Shown: positions 21,135-31,161 of the stretch, in pieces
How the letters are laid out: each line of letters opens with the position of its first letter
Numbering within the stretch: position 1 is the stretch's first letter
Notes under the pieces: generated by a model
Seen by the model: only the letters and a program-made list of their open reading frames with translations
Database searches by the model: none
Told to the model about the DNA's origin: nothing
Assembly: GCA_965116025.1 (NCBI GenBank)
Contig: OZ220480.1
Location: 864,001 to 928,000 of the forward strand
Origin: an uncultured candidatus Porisulfidus sp.
Lineage (GTDB): Bacteria; Pseudomonadota; Gammaproteobacteria; Poriferisulfidales; Poriferisulfidaceae
Direction of reading: 5' to 3'
Length of the DNA stretch: 64,000 nucleotides
Made by a program: the position numbers and the translations under genes

Positions 21135-21483
21135 ATGGACAATCTTACTATCCTTGAACGGCATCCGCTATCGGCGGCGTTCGGAACGATGGGCGAGGCG
21201 GACCGGGCGGAGCTGAAGGCGAGCATCAAGACGGACGACGGCTCGGTGGAGATCACGCTATACGAGGGCAAGGCGCTGGACGGCTGGCATCGGTACCGGT
21301 GCATGCTGGCGCTCGGTAGAGACCCGGCGCCGTTCATGCGCGAGTTCGCCGGCGATGACCCGGCGGCGTTCGTTTTGCGGGTGAATGACTGGCGGCGCCA
21401 TGTTGAGCAAGCTGGAGCGGTGCAAGACGCGCATACGGGTATACCGATGGCGGGCGGAGCGCGACAGCATTGTAACGCGGTGA
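21135..21483 (+). pseudogene. Phage-type ParB-like N-terminal domain protein, frameshifted
   Basis: HPLSAAF, LDGWHRY and DPAAFVLRVNDWRRH motifs; expected RRHL continuation requires removing G21402. Confidence 0.6.
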
Positions 21484-21865
21484 GAACGGCAAGAAAGGTA
21501 GGATGGAGAAGAGGGGCGATCGCCGGGCTGGTCGGCTGGCCGGCAGGCGTGGCATTTGGAGCGGCTCTTCATAAGGCGATGAGAGGGAAAGGGCGGCGAA
21601 CGTCGGAGCGAGCGTGGGAGAGTATTTGGGTCATTGCCGCGTCCTGTGGGAGAAGGTGGAGGCGTCGCTGGAGGGCTTGCTCTAGTGCGCGGAGCGGGCG
21701 CCCGCTCTTTCCCGCGAACGCCCATCGCCACGATGGGCGGAGCGAAATCATGCGGAAATTCTCCGAGCGAGGGTCAATCCTCATTTTGGGCTATGCTATA
21801 CTCCCTCCGGGATTTAGGCGAATGTCAAGTCTCAAGCCATTGTTGCAACGTATTTCCTAGTCTAA

Positions 21866-22282
21866 ATGAGAAATCACCTTACCGCTTCCAACGCCGCTCG
21901 CGCCGCGCTTCGCGGGGGATTGACGTGGACCTGGGTGGATATTGACGGCTTCGCCGACGTGTCGGGCATCACTGGGAGCGGTCGGGTGTCGTTCCGCTCG
22001 GAGGACAGCGCGCGGGCGCGGATCGGGGCGTTATTGGAAAACGGCCAGACGTACGCGTCATTGGACGTGGAGCGTGAGTTCTCGGAGAGCCGGGAGGTGA
22101 TGGCGTCGGGAGCGCGCCTGCGCTCGGAGGCGGAGTCGACATGGGCGCGATTGGGCGTCGGGGGCGTGATGACGCTGGACGCGCGCGGGGAGTCGACGCT
22201 CTCGGGAGACGCGCACTACGCGGCGTCGGACGGCGACAATGAGGATTACGGCGCGAGCGTCCTGCTGAAGGTTCGCTTCTGA
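21866..22282 (+). pseudogene. Internally deleted autotransporter paralogue (leader fused to last part of beta-barrel)
   Basis: 5' end resembles leaders at 32999/49875; from 21911 the DNA is nearly identical to 53003-53374; ends YGASVLLKVRF. Confidence 0.88.
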
Positions 22283-22352
22283 CCTTGGCGTTTGGCGAGT
22301 CTCACCGAACTAAAAATCCAAACAAAATCTGGGACAAAACAGGGAGGATGAA

Positions 22353-23099
22353 ATGAGCAGCTGGAAAACCGGACACCCGATTCTGACGGACGATTCATTT
22401 CTGAAATGGTGGCAGGACTACAACGCGGACTACCATTATGTTGGTACCGTAGGCAATGACTTTGTCGGTCGCGGCGATGGCGACGACAAGATGTTCGGCG
22501 GTGACGGCGACGACCGGCTAGGGGGGCGCGGGGGCGATGACGTTCTGAAAGGCGGCAAGGGTGATGACCGCTTGATGGGTGGCGAGGGCGACGACATGCT
22601 GAAAGGCGGCCGGGGCGATGATGAGCTGTACGGCGGCGATGGTGCTGATCGGATGAAAGGCGGCTGGGGCGATGACTACTTGGTCGGTGGCAATGGCGAT
22701 GATCGTCTGGTCGGTGGCAAGGGCGATGATCGTCTGGTCGACGGCAAGGGCGCTGACATGTTGAGCGGAGGCCGAGGCGATGATTGGCTGTTTGGCGGCA
22801 AGGGCGCTGACATGTTGAGCGGAGGCCGAGGCGATGATTGGCTGTTTGGCGGCAAGGGTGCTGACCGCTTCACATTCTCTGGTGAGAAAGGTAACGACCA
22901 GATTGGAGACTTCCAAGACGGCAAGGACACGATAGTGTTCGCGCGGGAAATGGGCTTGACGTTCGAGGACTTGACCATCAAGGCGAACAATTGGCGAGAC
23001 GACGCGGTAATCACCGGGCCCGGCGATGACTGGAGCATCCATTTCTGGGGCGTAGAGGTTTCGGACTTGACCGAGTCCGATTTCGATTTCATGGGGTGA
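22353..23099 (+). CDS. RTX repeat protein 3
   Basis: GGxGDD repeats; C-terminus DLTESDFDFMG; SD GGGAGG. Confidence 0.9.
   Translation: MSSWKTGHPILTDDSFLKWWQDYNADYHYVGTVGNDFVGRGDGDDKMFGGDGDDRLGGRGGDDVLKGGKGDDRLMGGEGDDMLKGGRGDDELYGGDGADRMKGGWGDDYLVGGNGDDRLVGGKGDDRLVDGKGADMLSGGRGDDWLFGGKGADMLSGGRGDDWLFGGKGADRFTFSGEKGNDQIGDFQDGKDTIVFAREMGLTFEDLTIKANNWRDDAVITGPGDDWSIHFWGVEVSDLTESDFDFMG
22743..22858 (+). repeat. Exact 54-bp tandem duplication inside RTX protein 3
   Basis: Unit starting GGCAAGGGCGCTGACATG at 22743 and 22797, partial third start at 22851. Confidence 0.9.
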
Positions 23100-23148
23100 G
23101 ACGCGAGCCTCACCCTATCCGATAATAACAAAGACACAGGAGTGAAAA

Positions 23149-24354
23149 ATGCCTAAATCCAACTGGAATGAAGTCGAGGGAACTGATCAGAGTGACCGGA
23201 CGCCGCCCTTGGAAGGCACTTCGGGGAAAGACCGGATGTTTGGGTATGAAGGCCGTGATTATCTGTGGGGCTTTGGAGGCGGTGACGTCATTTTCGGAGG
23301 CTTGGGCAACGATTACATTTATGGAGGTGATGGTGATGATCGGCTGTTCGGGGGCGAGGGCGATGACATAATGCAGGGCGATGACGGCAATGACAGGATG
23401 AAGGGAGAAGCTGGCGGCGACTACATGCAGGGCGGTGCGGGCAAGGACACGATGAGCGGAGGGGATGGCGTTGACAAGTTGTTCGGTGATACTGGCGATG
23501 ATGATATTGAAGGTGGGGCTGGCGTTGACACGATACACGGAGGATCGGGCGGTGACACGATCAAGGGAGGAGGTGGTAAAGACGTTCTGTTCGGTGATGC
23601 TGGTGATGATGATATTAAAGGCGAGGCTGGCGGTGACACGATACGCGGAGGATCGGGCGGTGACACGATCAAGGGAGGGGATGGCGACGACATCATATAC
23701 GGCGACATGCTCAAGGATGGCTCCAACCCGCGACAGACTCCCGAAGGCGAAGGCCAAGAAGGTAGCGAGGGGAACGACACGATTGACGGCGGCAAGGGCG
23801 ATGATGAGATATACGGTGGGGGTGGCAACGATACGCTGAAGGGAGGCGATGGCATTGACACTATGGAAGGCGGTAAGGGCGATGATGATATGGAAGGCGG
23901 CGCGGGCGTTGACACGATACGCGGAGGGGCTGGCAACGACACGATCAAGGGAGGCGATGGCTGGGATACGATGGGCGGCGACGAAGGCGACGACACACTG
24001 AATGGCGGCAAGGGCAATGACCAGATAGATGGCTATACAGGCGATGACACGCTGAACGGCGGCGAGGGCTTTGATACGCTTCGCGGCGGTACGGGAGCGG
24101 ATACTTTCCTCTTCGGAAGCAAGAGTGGACACGACCAGATCATGGATTGGGATGACGGGGATATGATCAAGTTTGCCGATGGACGCTCATACGGCTACGA
24201 TGACTTGAGGATCGACCGATCCCATCACGATAGAGACGATTTAGTGATAAAGGCGAAAGCGATAGACGATCAAGACTGGAGCATCACGTTGAAGGATACT
24301 GACTTCAGTGACCTGCAGGACGATTCCAGCGATTGGGACTACATGGGTGGGTGA
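23149..24354 (+). CDS. RTX repeat protein 4
   Basis: Long run of GGxGxDx(I/M/L) repeats; acidic C-terminus DWDYMGG. Confidence 0.9.
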   Translation: MPKSNWNEVEGTDQSDRTPPLEGTSGKDRMFGYEGRDYLWGFGGGDVIFGGLGNDYIYGGDGDDRLFGGEGDDIMQGDDGNDRMKGEAGGDYMQGGAGKDTMSGGDGVDKLFGDTGDDDIEGGAGVDTIHGGSGGDTIKGGGGKDVLFGDAGDDDIKGEAGGDTIRGGSGGDTIKGGDGDDIIYGDMLKDGSNPRQTPEGEGQEGSEGNDTIDGGKGDDEIYGGGGNDTLKGGDGIDTMEGGKGDDDMEGGAGVDTIRGGAGNDTIKGGDGWDTMGGDEGDDTLNGGKGNDQIDGYTGDDTLNGGEGFDTLRGGTGADTFLFGSKSGHDQIMDWDDGDMIKFADGRSYGYDDLRIDRSHHDRDDLVIKAKAIDDQDWSITLKDTDFSDLQDDSSDWDYMGG

Positions 24355-24643
24355 TCCGCGAGTGAGCGAATGGCCTATCAAGTCGGGCGCGCTCGGACGG
24401 CGAAGCCTCGCCGCACGTTGGCGAAAATATTTGATGTTGTCGCGCATCACCAAGGCGCCATGGGCGCGGGAAGCGGCCGCCATCGCGATGATCGGAGTCA
24501 AGCGCTTTCGCGCATTTCCTCGGGCGAGGAAAACGTTGGCGTACGCGAGCGCCGCGCCGAGGCGGACCCGGATTTCGGCCACGCGGCGAAAGAAATATTA
24601 AACGCTAAACCCAGTACAATGCGCGGAGCTGCCAGCGCCGCCC

Positions 24644-25984
24644 ATGCCCGATTCCTGCCTCATCATCAACGCCACCGCGGTCAACGAGGGCCGCGTGTTC
24701 GAAACGGATCTCTTGGTCCGTGGCTCCAGGATCGAGAAGATCGGCCCCGGCTTGTCTGGCGAGCCGGCCGACCAGGTTCTAGATGCGACCGGGCTCCACC
24801 TCCTCCCCGGAATGATTGACGGTCAGGTGCATTTTCGCGAGCCGGGCCAGACGGAGAAAGGGGGCTTTCGATCCGAGTCCCGCGCTTCCGTCGCGGGCGG
24901 CACGACCACCGTCATGGACATGCCCAACAACCAGCCTCCAGTGGTCACGCGCGAGCGGTTGGACGAGAAGCTGGCGCGGGCCGATGGCGCGATGCACTCC
25001 AACTACGCGTTTTATTTTGGAGCGACCAATGACAACGCGGACGAGGCGTGCCGTCTGGATCCGGAGAAAGCGTGCGGACTCAAGATCTTCATGGGGTCGT
25101 CGACCGGAAACATGCTGGTCGACGATCCCAAGGCGCTGGAGCGGCACTTCGCCGAATGTCCTATCTTGATCGCGACGCATTGCGAAGACACCCCGATGAT
25201 CGAGGCGGCTCTGGCTGATCATGTCCAGCGATACGGCGAGCGCATTCCGATGCGTTGCCATGCGCGAATCCGCAGCCGGGAGGCGTGTCTCGCCTCCTCG
25301 TCCCTAGCGGTGGATCTGGCACGGAGGTTCGACTCGCGACTTCATGTGCTCCACCTGACTACGGCGGACGAGTTGCCGCAATTCGCCGCCGGGCCGGTCG
25401 AGGGAAAGCGGATCACCGCCGAGGCCTGCATCCACCATCTCATCTTCACGGACGCCGATTACGAGCGGCATGGCGGACGCATCAAGTGCAATCCCTCCAT
25501 CAAGACCAAGGCGGACCGGGACGCGCTGCGCCAGGCGGTGCGCGAGGACCGAATCGATGTCATCGCGACGGACCACGCGCCGCACTTGCTGTCCGAGAAG
25601 GAGGGGCCGTACCGGAAGATCGCGGCGGGTTTGCCGATGACCCAGCACGCGCTACCCGTGCTTTTGGACTTGGCGCGCCAGGGGGTTTTCAGCTTGCCGG
25701 AGATCGTTCGGAAAACGGCGCACGCGCCGGCGCTTTGCTACGCGGTTCGCGACCGTGGGTTTTTGCGCGAGGGCTATTTCGCGGATTTGGTTTTGGTGGA
25801 CTTGTCGGAGCCGGTCGCGGTGGAGACGGAGAACTCGCTTCACCGGTGCGGCTGGTCGGCTTTCGAGGGACGGACGTTGCGCGCTCGGATCGACGCGACC
25901 TTGGTGTCGGGCCGAATCGCGTACCGCGATGGACAGGAAATCCCGCCGCCCGCCGGAATGCGGGTCGAATTCGACCGCGGATGA
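24644..25984 (+). CDS. pyrC: Dihydroorotase
   Basis: LLPGMIDGQVHFREPG, DMPN, KCNP and ATDHAPH amidohydrolase motifs. Confidence 0.9.
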   Translation: MPDSCLIINATAVNEGRVFETDLLVRGSRIEKIGPGLSGEPADQVLDATGLHLLPGMIDGQVHFREPGQTEKGGFRSESRASVAGGTTTVMDMPNNQPPVVTRERLDEKLARADGAMHSNYAFYFGATNDNADEACRLDPEKACGLKIFMGSSTGNMLVDDPKALERHFAECPILIATHCEDTPMIEAALADHVQRYGERIPMRCHARIRSREACLASSSLAVDLARRFDSRLHVLHLTTADELPQFAAGPVEGKRITAEACIHHLIFTDADYERHGGRIKCNPSIKTKADRDALRQAVREDRIDVIATDHAPHLLSEKEGPYRKIAAGLPMTQHALPVLLDLARQGVFSLPEIVRKTAHAPALCYAVRDRGFLREGYFADLVLVDLSEPVAVETENSLHRCGWSAFEGRTLRARIDATLVSGRIAYRDGQEIPPPAGMRVEFDRG

Positions 25985-25999
25985 GCGCCGGGGCGGTCG

Positions 26000-26482
26000 C
26001 TACTCGCCCGCCTTCTCGTCCGCCTGGAGCAACCCGTAACGCTCGATCCCGATCCGGTCGATCAGTCGCAGTTGCGTCTCGATGAAGGCGATGTGCGCCT
26101 CCTCGTCCGCGATCAACTCCTCGAACAGGCGCATGGACGCGTAGTCGTCCGCTTCCCGACAGGCATCGCGGCCTTCCCGGTATAGGGCGTGCGCCTCGTT
26201 CTCGGCCGCGAGGTCGCACTCCAGCGTTTCCCGGATGTTCTCGCCGATCCGCAGAGGGTCCAGGGTCTGCAGGTTGGGATGTCCCTCCAGGAAGATGATT
26301 CGCTCCACGAACCGGTCCGCGTGGCGCATCTCCCCGATGGATTCCTCGCGCGCGCGTCGCGCGAGTTTCGGGTAGCCCCAGTCCTCGAGGAGCCGGTAGT
26401 GCACCCAGTATTGGTTGACGGACCGCAATTCGCTGGCGAGGCTGCGGTTCAGGTACTCTATGACTTTCTCGTTACCTTTCAT
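26000..26482 (-). CDS. bfr: Bacterioferritin
   Basis: [35 protein letters not shown] ferroxidase motifs. Confidence 0.95.
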   Translation of the reverse strand: MKGNEKVIEYLNRSLASELRSVNQYWVHYRLLEDWGYPKLARRAREESIGEMRHADRFVERIIFLEGHPNLQTLDPLRIGENIRETLECDLAAENEAHALYREGRDACREADDYASMRLFEELIADEEAHIAFIETQLRLIDRIGIERYGLLQADEKAGE

Positions 26483-26697
26483 GACGATGGCCTCCTTGTT
26501 TCCGCAGGCTTGGCGTCGTCCGCCCGCGCCTGCTTGATGATTTGGTTGATAAGGGATCGGCAGTTTCCGCACCGCGCCCGCTTTCCCATCTGGCGGTAAA
26601 CGGAACGGAAATTCACGGGCGTTCCCGCCTTGGCGATGGCCTTTGCCGAGGCGCGCAGTTCCCGGTCACTGACGCGGGCGCAGGAACAGACGATCAC
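26479..26697 (-). CDS. bfd: Bacterioferritin-associated ferredoxin
   Basis: IVCSC...CGNC; directly upstream of bfr. Confidence 0.88.
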   Translation of the reverse strand: MIVCSCARVSDRELRASAKAIAKAGTPVNFRSVYRQMGKRARCGNCRSLINQIIKQARADDAKPAETRRPSS

Positions 26698-26785
26698 GCG
26701 CGGAAGAAGCGGGTCCGCGGGCCGGGTGGGCGGGTGAGGGAAAGGCGTCTCGAAGGACGGGCGGGAGGAGATGGCGCGGCATGGC

Positions 26786-27112
26786 TCACGTCATTTTCAT
26801 GTTCTCGATCGCGCCCTGCTCGAAATCCACCTCAACGACCAGATCGGACCTCAACTGAGACTGGCAGGCCAGGACGTAGCCCTTCTTGAGCATGTCGGCG
26901 TCCAGCACATAGGCGAAATCGTTCAACGCCTTGACCTTGCCTTCCTTAAGGACGCATCGGCAGGTCCCGCAGCTCCCCACCTTGCAGTCGCAAGGCCACT
27001 TGATGCCCGCGTTCAAGGCCGCCTGCAAAAGGTTGATCTTGCCAGGCACCTCGAAGGTCTCGCCCGTGTTGGCGATGGTGCATTTAAAATCCTTTTTCTT
27101 ACCGAAGAACAT
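26786..27112 (-). CDS. 2Fe-2S ferredoxin
   Basis: CKVGSCGTC...VLACQ; probable start MFFGKKK at 27112. Confidence 0.85.
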   Translation of the reverse strand: MFFGKKKDFKCTIANTGETFEVPGKINLLQAALNAGIKWPCDCKVGSCGTCRCVLKEGKVKALNDFAYVLDADMLKKGYVLACQSQLRSDLVVEVDFEQGAIENMKMT

Positions 27113-27176
27113 CCTGAGTCCTAAGAATATGGATGGGGCTTGGTATTCTACATCAGAGAGGCTGCCGGGGGGCGGA

Positions 27177-27974
27177 TCAGGTCGGGGAGGAGTTCGCGGG
27201 CGCCCGCGCGTCCTTGAGGAAGCGGCGAACGTAGCGCGGGGCGATATTGGCGCGGTGGACCAGCACCAGCATGTCGGCCACGTTGAACTTGCGGTCCCAG
27301 CACGGAGCGCCACAGATTCTCGCGCCAAGATTGAGGTACGCTTTCAGCAAGGGCGGCAGAACTCTCCGGACCGAATCGGAAAGCTCGATGGTCGCGCTCG
27401 CGGCGGGCTGGTCCGGCTCGGGCAGGGGAACGCGCGGATGAACGTCCAGCTCCAGATTCACCAGACCGCGCTCCAGCGCGTCTTGGTAGATGGCGTGGGC
27501 TTGGCTCCCGCCGTCCGACATGTCCACGCTGGCGCACCCGAACAGGTATTCGTAGTTTCGGGAGAGCGTGAACCCGGCGAGGCCCAGCCACAGGCAGGCG
27601 ATGGCGCCGCCGCCGCGGTGCTCGGGATGCACGCAGGTTCGGCCAACCTCCAGCTTCTTTCCGGCGAGCCCGCGCAAGCGGCCCAGTTTGAATTCCGACT
27701 GAGTGTAGAACCCTCCAGCCTGCGGAACGTCCTCGTCCGAAAGAACCCGAGTGCAAGCGACGATGTCTCCCATGGTCGCGTCGGACACGGTCAGATGCCG
27801 GCAGAACGGGTCATAGGGATCCGAATCGATCTGCTCCGCGGCGCTTTCCAGGGACGCGCCCATTTCCAGCGCGAAAACGCGGTAGCGGAGGCGCTGGCAC
27901 TCGGTGATGATGGACGCTTCCGTGGCGATCTCGAACTTATATCTGCTTGCCATGGGCGAGAGACGGGTTGACAT
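27177..27974 (-). CDS. olsB: GNAT N-acyltransferase, ornithine-lipid synthase OlsB-like
   Basis: QRLRYRVF, EVGRTCVHPEHR, YLFGCAS, PPLLKAYLNLGA motifs. Confidence 0.75.
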   Translation of the reverse strand: MSTRLSPMASRYKFEIATEASIITECQRLRYRVFALEMGASLESAAEQIDSDPYDPFCRHLTVSDATMGDIVACTRVLSDEDVPQAGGFYTQSEFKLGRLRGLAGKKLEVGRTCVHPEHRGGGAIACLWLGLAGFTLSRNYEYLFGCASVDMSDGGSQAHAIYQDALERGLVNLELDVHPRVPLPEPDQPAASATIELSDSVRRVLPPLLKAYLNLGARICGAPCWDRKFNVADMLVLVHRANIAPRYVRRFLKDARAPANSSPT

Positions 27975-28252
27975 GGGAAGTGTATCCTATTTTTAGGCCG
28001 TTACATTTCCGTGAAAGACGGAGGAGGCTACGTCCGCCGGAGACGCCTTGATATCCCGCCCGTGGCCGAGGAGCGATCCGAGGGCCGCGGATGCCGCGCC
28101 CGCCTTCCGAAAGCCGCGATGTCGGAAGGGTTGTTTCCTGATCGCGTGGTATCATCGCCGATGCTGGCCGGGCGAGAATCGAGCGGGGCCTTTCATTTTG
28201 GCGCGACCTTCGCGCGAAGCGCCCGATCAACGCTCGGCATGAAGGACGTGAC

Positions 28253-28531
28253 ATGATGAAACAGCTTCCCGGCGAGGTCTCGCTCTACGCGAAATCCCCG
28301 GAGTTCAACCAGGACACGATCCCGGAGAACGCTCGCGGTTCGCATCGCACCAAGCCCGGCACATGGGCGAAGATCAGCATCCTGGAAGGTCGGTTGCTCT
28401 ACCGCGTCCTGGAGCCTGATACGCGGGAGTATGAGCTGTCTCCAGAGAATCCTGGCATCGTCGAGCCGGAAGTCGCCCATCAGGTCGTTCCCGTTGGCCC
28501 GGTGCGCTTCTTCATCGAGTTCTACAGCTGA
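28253..28531 (+). CDS. DUF1971 (TehB N-terminal/YeaR-like cupin) protein
   Basis: HRTKPGTWAKISILEG, PEVAHQV, FFIEFY. Confidence 0.8.
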   Translation: MMKQLPGEVSLYAKSPEFNQDTIPENARGSHRTKPGTWAKISILEGRLLYRVLEPDTREYELSPENPGIVEPEVAHQVVPVGPVRFFIEFYS

Positions 28532-28652
28532 GGCCTCGCGACGCTTGGCTCCACCCGGAGCCCATGGGCTCCGGCCCGGTTATCGCGGGCCCCGAAGGCC
28601 AAAGCGGTAAAATGTCAAATCCGCCCGTTCCCGCGGGAACGAACGCCCGCTC

Positions 28653-29969
28653 ATGGCCAAACTCCTTGATCGCCTGTCCGACGCCGTCCTGAAGCGCGCG
28701 CGCGGCGACCTGCGGGTCGTGGAGGCAAACGAGCATGGCATCGACCCTTCCGACGTCTCGGCGGGCGCTCGGCACGTGATCGAGGTTTTGGCGGAGGGGG
28801 GCTACGAGGCGTACGTCGTCGGCGGCGGCGTTCGCGACCTGATGCTGGGGCTGCATCCCAAGGATTTCGATATCGCGACGAACGCTCGACCTGAGCAAGT
28901 TAAGAACCAGTTCAACCGCTGCCGGATCATTGGCCGGAGGTTCCGGCTCGCCCATGTGCAGGTGGGGCGCGAGCGGGTCGAGGTCGCGACGTTTCGGGGA
29001 GGGCACCGCTCGCGCTCCGGGCGCGCTCACGTCTCGGTGACCTTGGGGGGACGAATCCTGCGCGACAACGCCTACGGAACCATCGACCGCGACGCGGAGC
29101 GGCGGGACTTCACGGTCAACTCTCTGTTCTACGATCCGATCCGCGACACCGTGCTGGACTTCGTCGGCGGGGTCGAGGATCTGAGGCGTCGCCGCTTGCG
29201 CATGATCGGCAAGCCCGCGTCGCGTTTCCGCGAGGATCCGGTTCGGTTGCTGCGGGCCGTGCGCTTCGCGGCCAAGCTGGATTTCCAGCTTGATCCGGCG
29301 ATCCGGCAACTGATTCCCGAGATGGCGGGCTTGCTCGATTCCATCTCGCCGGCCCGGCTGTTCGACGAGGGCGCCAAGCTCATGCACAGTGGCGCGGCGG
29401 CGCGCACGTTCGATCTGCTGTGCGAGAAAGGGTTGCTGGGGCAGCTGTTCCCGCGCACTGAAGCGGCGTTGGAGCGGGATCACCCCGAGGATAAGGAATT
29501 CATTCGCGTGGCGCTGGAGAACACGGACGAGCGGGTGCGCGCGGGCAAGCCGGTATCCCCGGCCTTCGCCTACGCGGTGTTGATGTGGCCTTGCGTCCGG
29601 CAGTTGCTGGACGAGCTGGACCCGGGCGAGTTCAGCCCTCGCGACGCGCTGGCGGTTTGCGCGAACCGGGCCTTGGAGCATCAGGCGCGGACCATCAGCG
29701 TCCCGTTTCGCCATGCCCAGATGATCCGCGAGATCTGGATCCGTCAGCCGCAACTGGAGGCCGGCCCGCGTGGCCATCCGGAGCGCGCCATCGCGCGCGC
29801 CTCGTTTCGGGCCGCGTATGATTTCCTCGGCTTGCGCGCGACGCTGGACGAGCGTCTGCGAGACGCGCACCATGCGTGGACGAAGGCCCAAGAGGTCCAT
29901 GTGGCGGATTCCGATGATGCGCCGCCGCGCCGGCGCCGTCGGCGGCGCCGGCGTGGACGCGGGAGGTGA
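28653..29969 (+). CDS. pcnB: Poly(A) polymerase I
   Basis: VGGGVRDL, PKDFDIAT, IIGRRFRLAHV, DAERRDFTVN, EDPVRLLRA; Arg-rich tail. Confidence 0.95.
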   Translation: MAKLLDRLSDAVLKRARGDLRVVEANEHGIDPSDVSAGARHVIEVLAEGGYEAYVVGGGVRDLMLGLHPKDFDIATNARPEQVKNQFNRCRIIGRRFRLAHVQVGRERVEVATFRGGHRSRSGRAHVSVTLGGRILRDNAYGTIDRDAERRDFTVNSLFYDPIRDTVLDFVGGVEDLRRRRLRMIGKPASRFREDPVRLLRAVRFAAKLDFQLDPAIRQLIPEMAGLLDSISPARLFDEGAKLMHSGAAARTFDLLCEKGLLGQLFPRTEAALERDHPEDKEFIRVALENTDERVRAGKPVSPAFAYAVLMWPCVRQLLDELDPGEFSPRDALAVCANRALEHQARTISVPFRHAQMIREIWIRQPQLEAGPRGHPERAIARASFRAAYDFLGLRATLDERLRDAHHAWTKAQEVHVADSDDAPPRRRRRRRRRGRGR

Positions 29970-31144
29970 CCGTGCTCCAGGACGGCGTCTACATCGGTCT
30001 TGGCAGCAACCTGGACGAGCCGGTCGAACAGGTTCGCTCCGCCGCGCGCGAGCTGGGGCGGCTTCCTCAAGTCCGCCTGATCGCCTCCTCGGGGCTTTAC
30101 CGCAGCCCCCCGATGGGGGGATTGGATCAACCGGACTATGTCAACGCGGTGGTGCGGGTCGAGACCGACCTGAAGCCGGAGCAGCTGTTCCGGGAGATGC
30201 GGGAGATCGAGCGCCGGCACGGAAAGGAGAGGGGGGCCGAGCGGTGGGCGGCGCGCGCGCTGGACCTGGACCTGCTTCTATGGGGACGGGAGCGCTTGGA
30301 CAGCGAGACGTTGACGTTGCCGCATCCGGGCCTGCATGAGCGCGCGTTCGTGCTGGCCCCGTTGCGCGAGATCGACGCGGATCTGGACGTGCCCGGCCGG
30401 GGGGCCGTGTCGGATCTGCTTCATGAATGCAAATATCCCCATGTGGACCGAATAGGCCCTTGCCAAAGCCTGCCCGATTCGGCCCACCTGATCGCCGTGG
30501 AGGGGCCTATCGGGGTCGGAAAAACCACGTTGTGCAACCGTCTGGCGGCGGATTTCGACGGACGGCTGATGCTCGAGAACTACCAGGAGAACCCCTTTCT
30601 TCCAGATTTTTTCAAGGATCCCGAGAAGTCCGCTCTGGCGGCGCAGCTGCATTTTCTGACCAGCCGGGTTTGCCAGTTGCGGCGACGGAACCAGGCGGAT
30701 CTGTTCCAGCCGCGCGTTTTCACGGACTACGTTTTCGAGAAAAGCGACTGGTTCTCCCGCCTGTCTCTGCGGGGCGACGAATACGATCTTTGGCTGAGCC
30801 TCTACACCCACATGTCCGCTGGCCTGCCGCGGCCCGATCTGGTGATCTACCTGCAGGCTCCGGTTCCGATCCTGATGCAGCGGATCGCCATGCGGGGGCG
30901 TCCGTTCGAGCGAGCGGTTCGCCCGGATTTCCTGGAGGCGCTGTCGGAATTGATGGCCGAGCACTTCCGCGGTTATTCCGGGACCGTTCTGACGGTCGAT
31001 ACGTCCTGCGCCAACCTGGCGACGGGCATGCGGGACTACCAAAGTTTGCTGACCGCCCTGGATGGCCTGACCCGGCCCGGCCAATACTTTCATGATCCGT
31101 CCCGGTCGACGGGAATGCTGGACGGCGCGGTCGCGGCCAGTTGA
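29966..31144 (+). CDS. folK: FolK (HPPK) fused to deoxynucleoside kinase
   Basis: YIGLGSNL, RALDLDLL, LPHPGLHERAFVL, then IAVEGPIGVGKTT and PDLVIYLQA in one ORF. Confidence 0.88.
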   Translation: MTVLQDGVYIGLGSNLDEPVEQVRSAARELGRLPQVRLIASSGLYRSPPMGGLDQPDYVNAVVRVETDLKPEQLFREMREIERRHGKERGAERWAARALDLDLLLWGRERLDSETLTLPHPGLHERAFVLAPLREIDADLDVPGRGAVSDLLHECKYPHVDRIGPCQSLPDSAHLIAVEGPIGVGKTTLCNRLAADFDGRLMLENYQENPFLPDFFKDPEKSALAAQLHFLTSRVCQLRRRNQADLFQPRVFTDYVFEKSDWFSRLSLRGDEYDLWLSLYTHMSAGLPRPDLVIYLQAPVPILMQRIAMRGRPFERAVRPDFLEALSELMAEHFRGYSGTVLTVDTSCANLATGMRDYQSLLTALDGLTRPGQYFHDPSRSTGMLDGAVAAS

Positions 31145-31161
31145 TAACGCCGGCGCGAGGC

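Noticed and set aside
18376-24354. CRISPR-like periodic repeats
   Set aside because: The periodicity is 27-bp coding RTX nonapeptides in open frames; there is no repeat-spacer structure and no cas gene.
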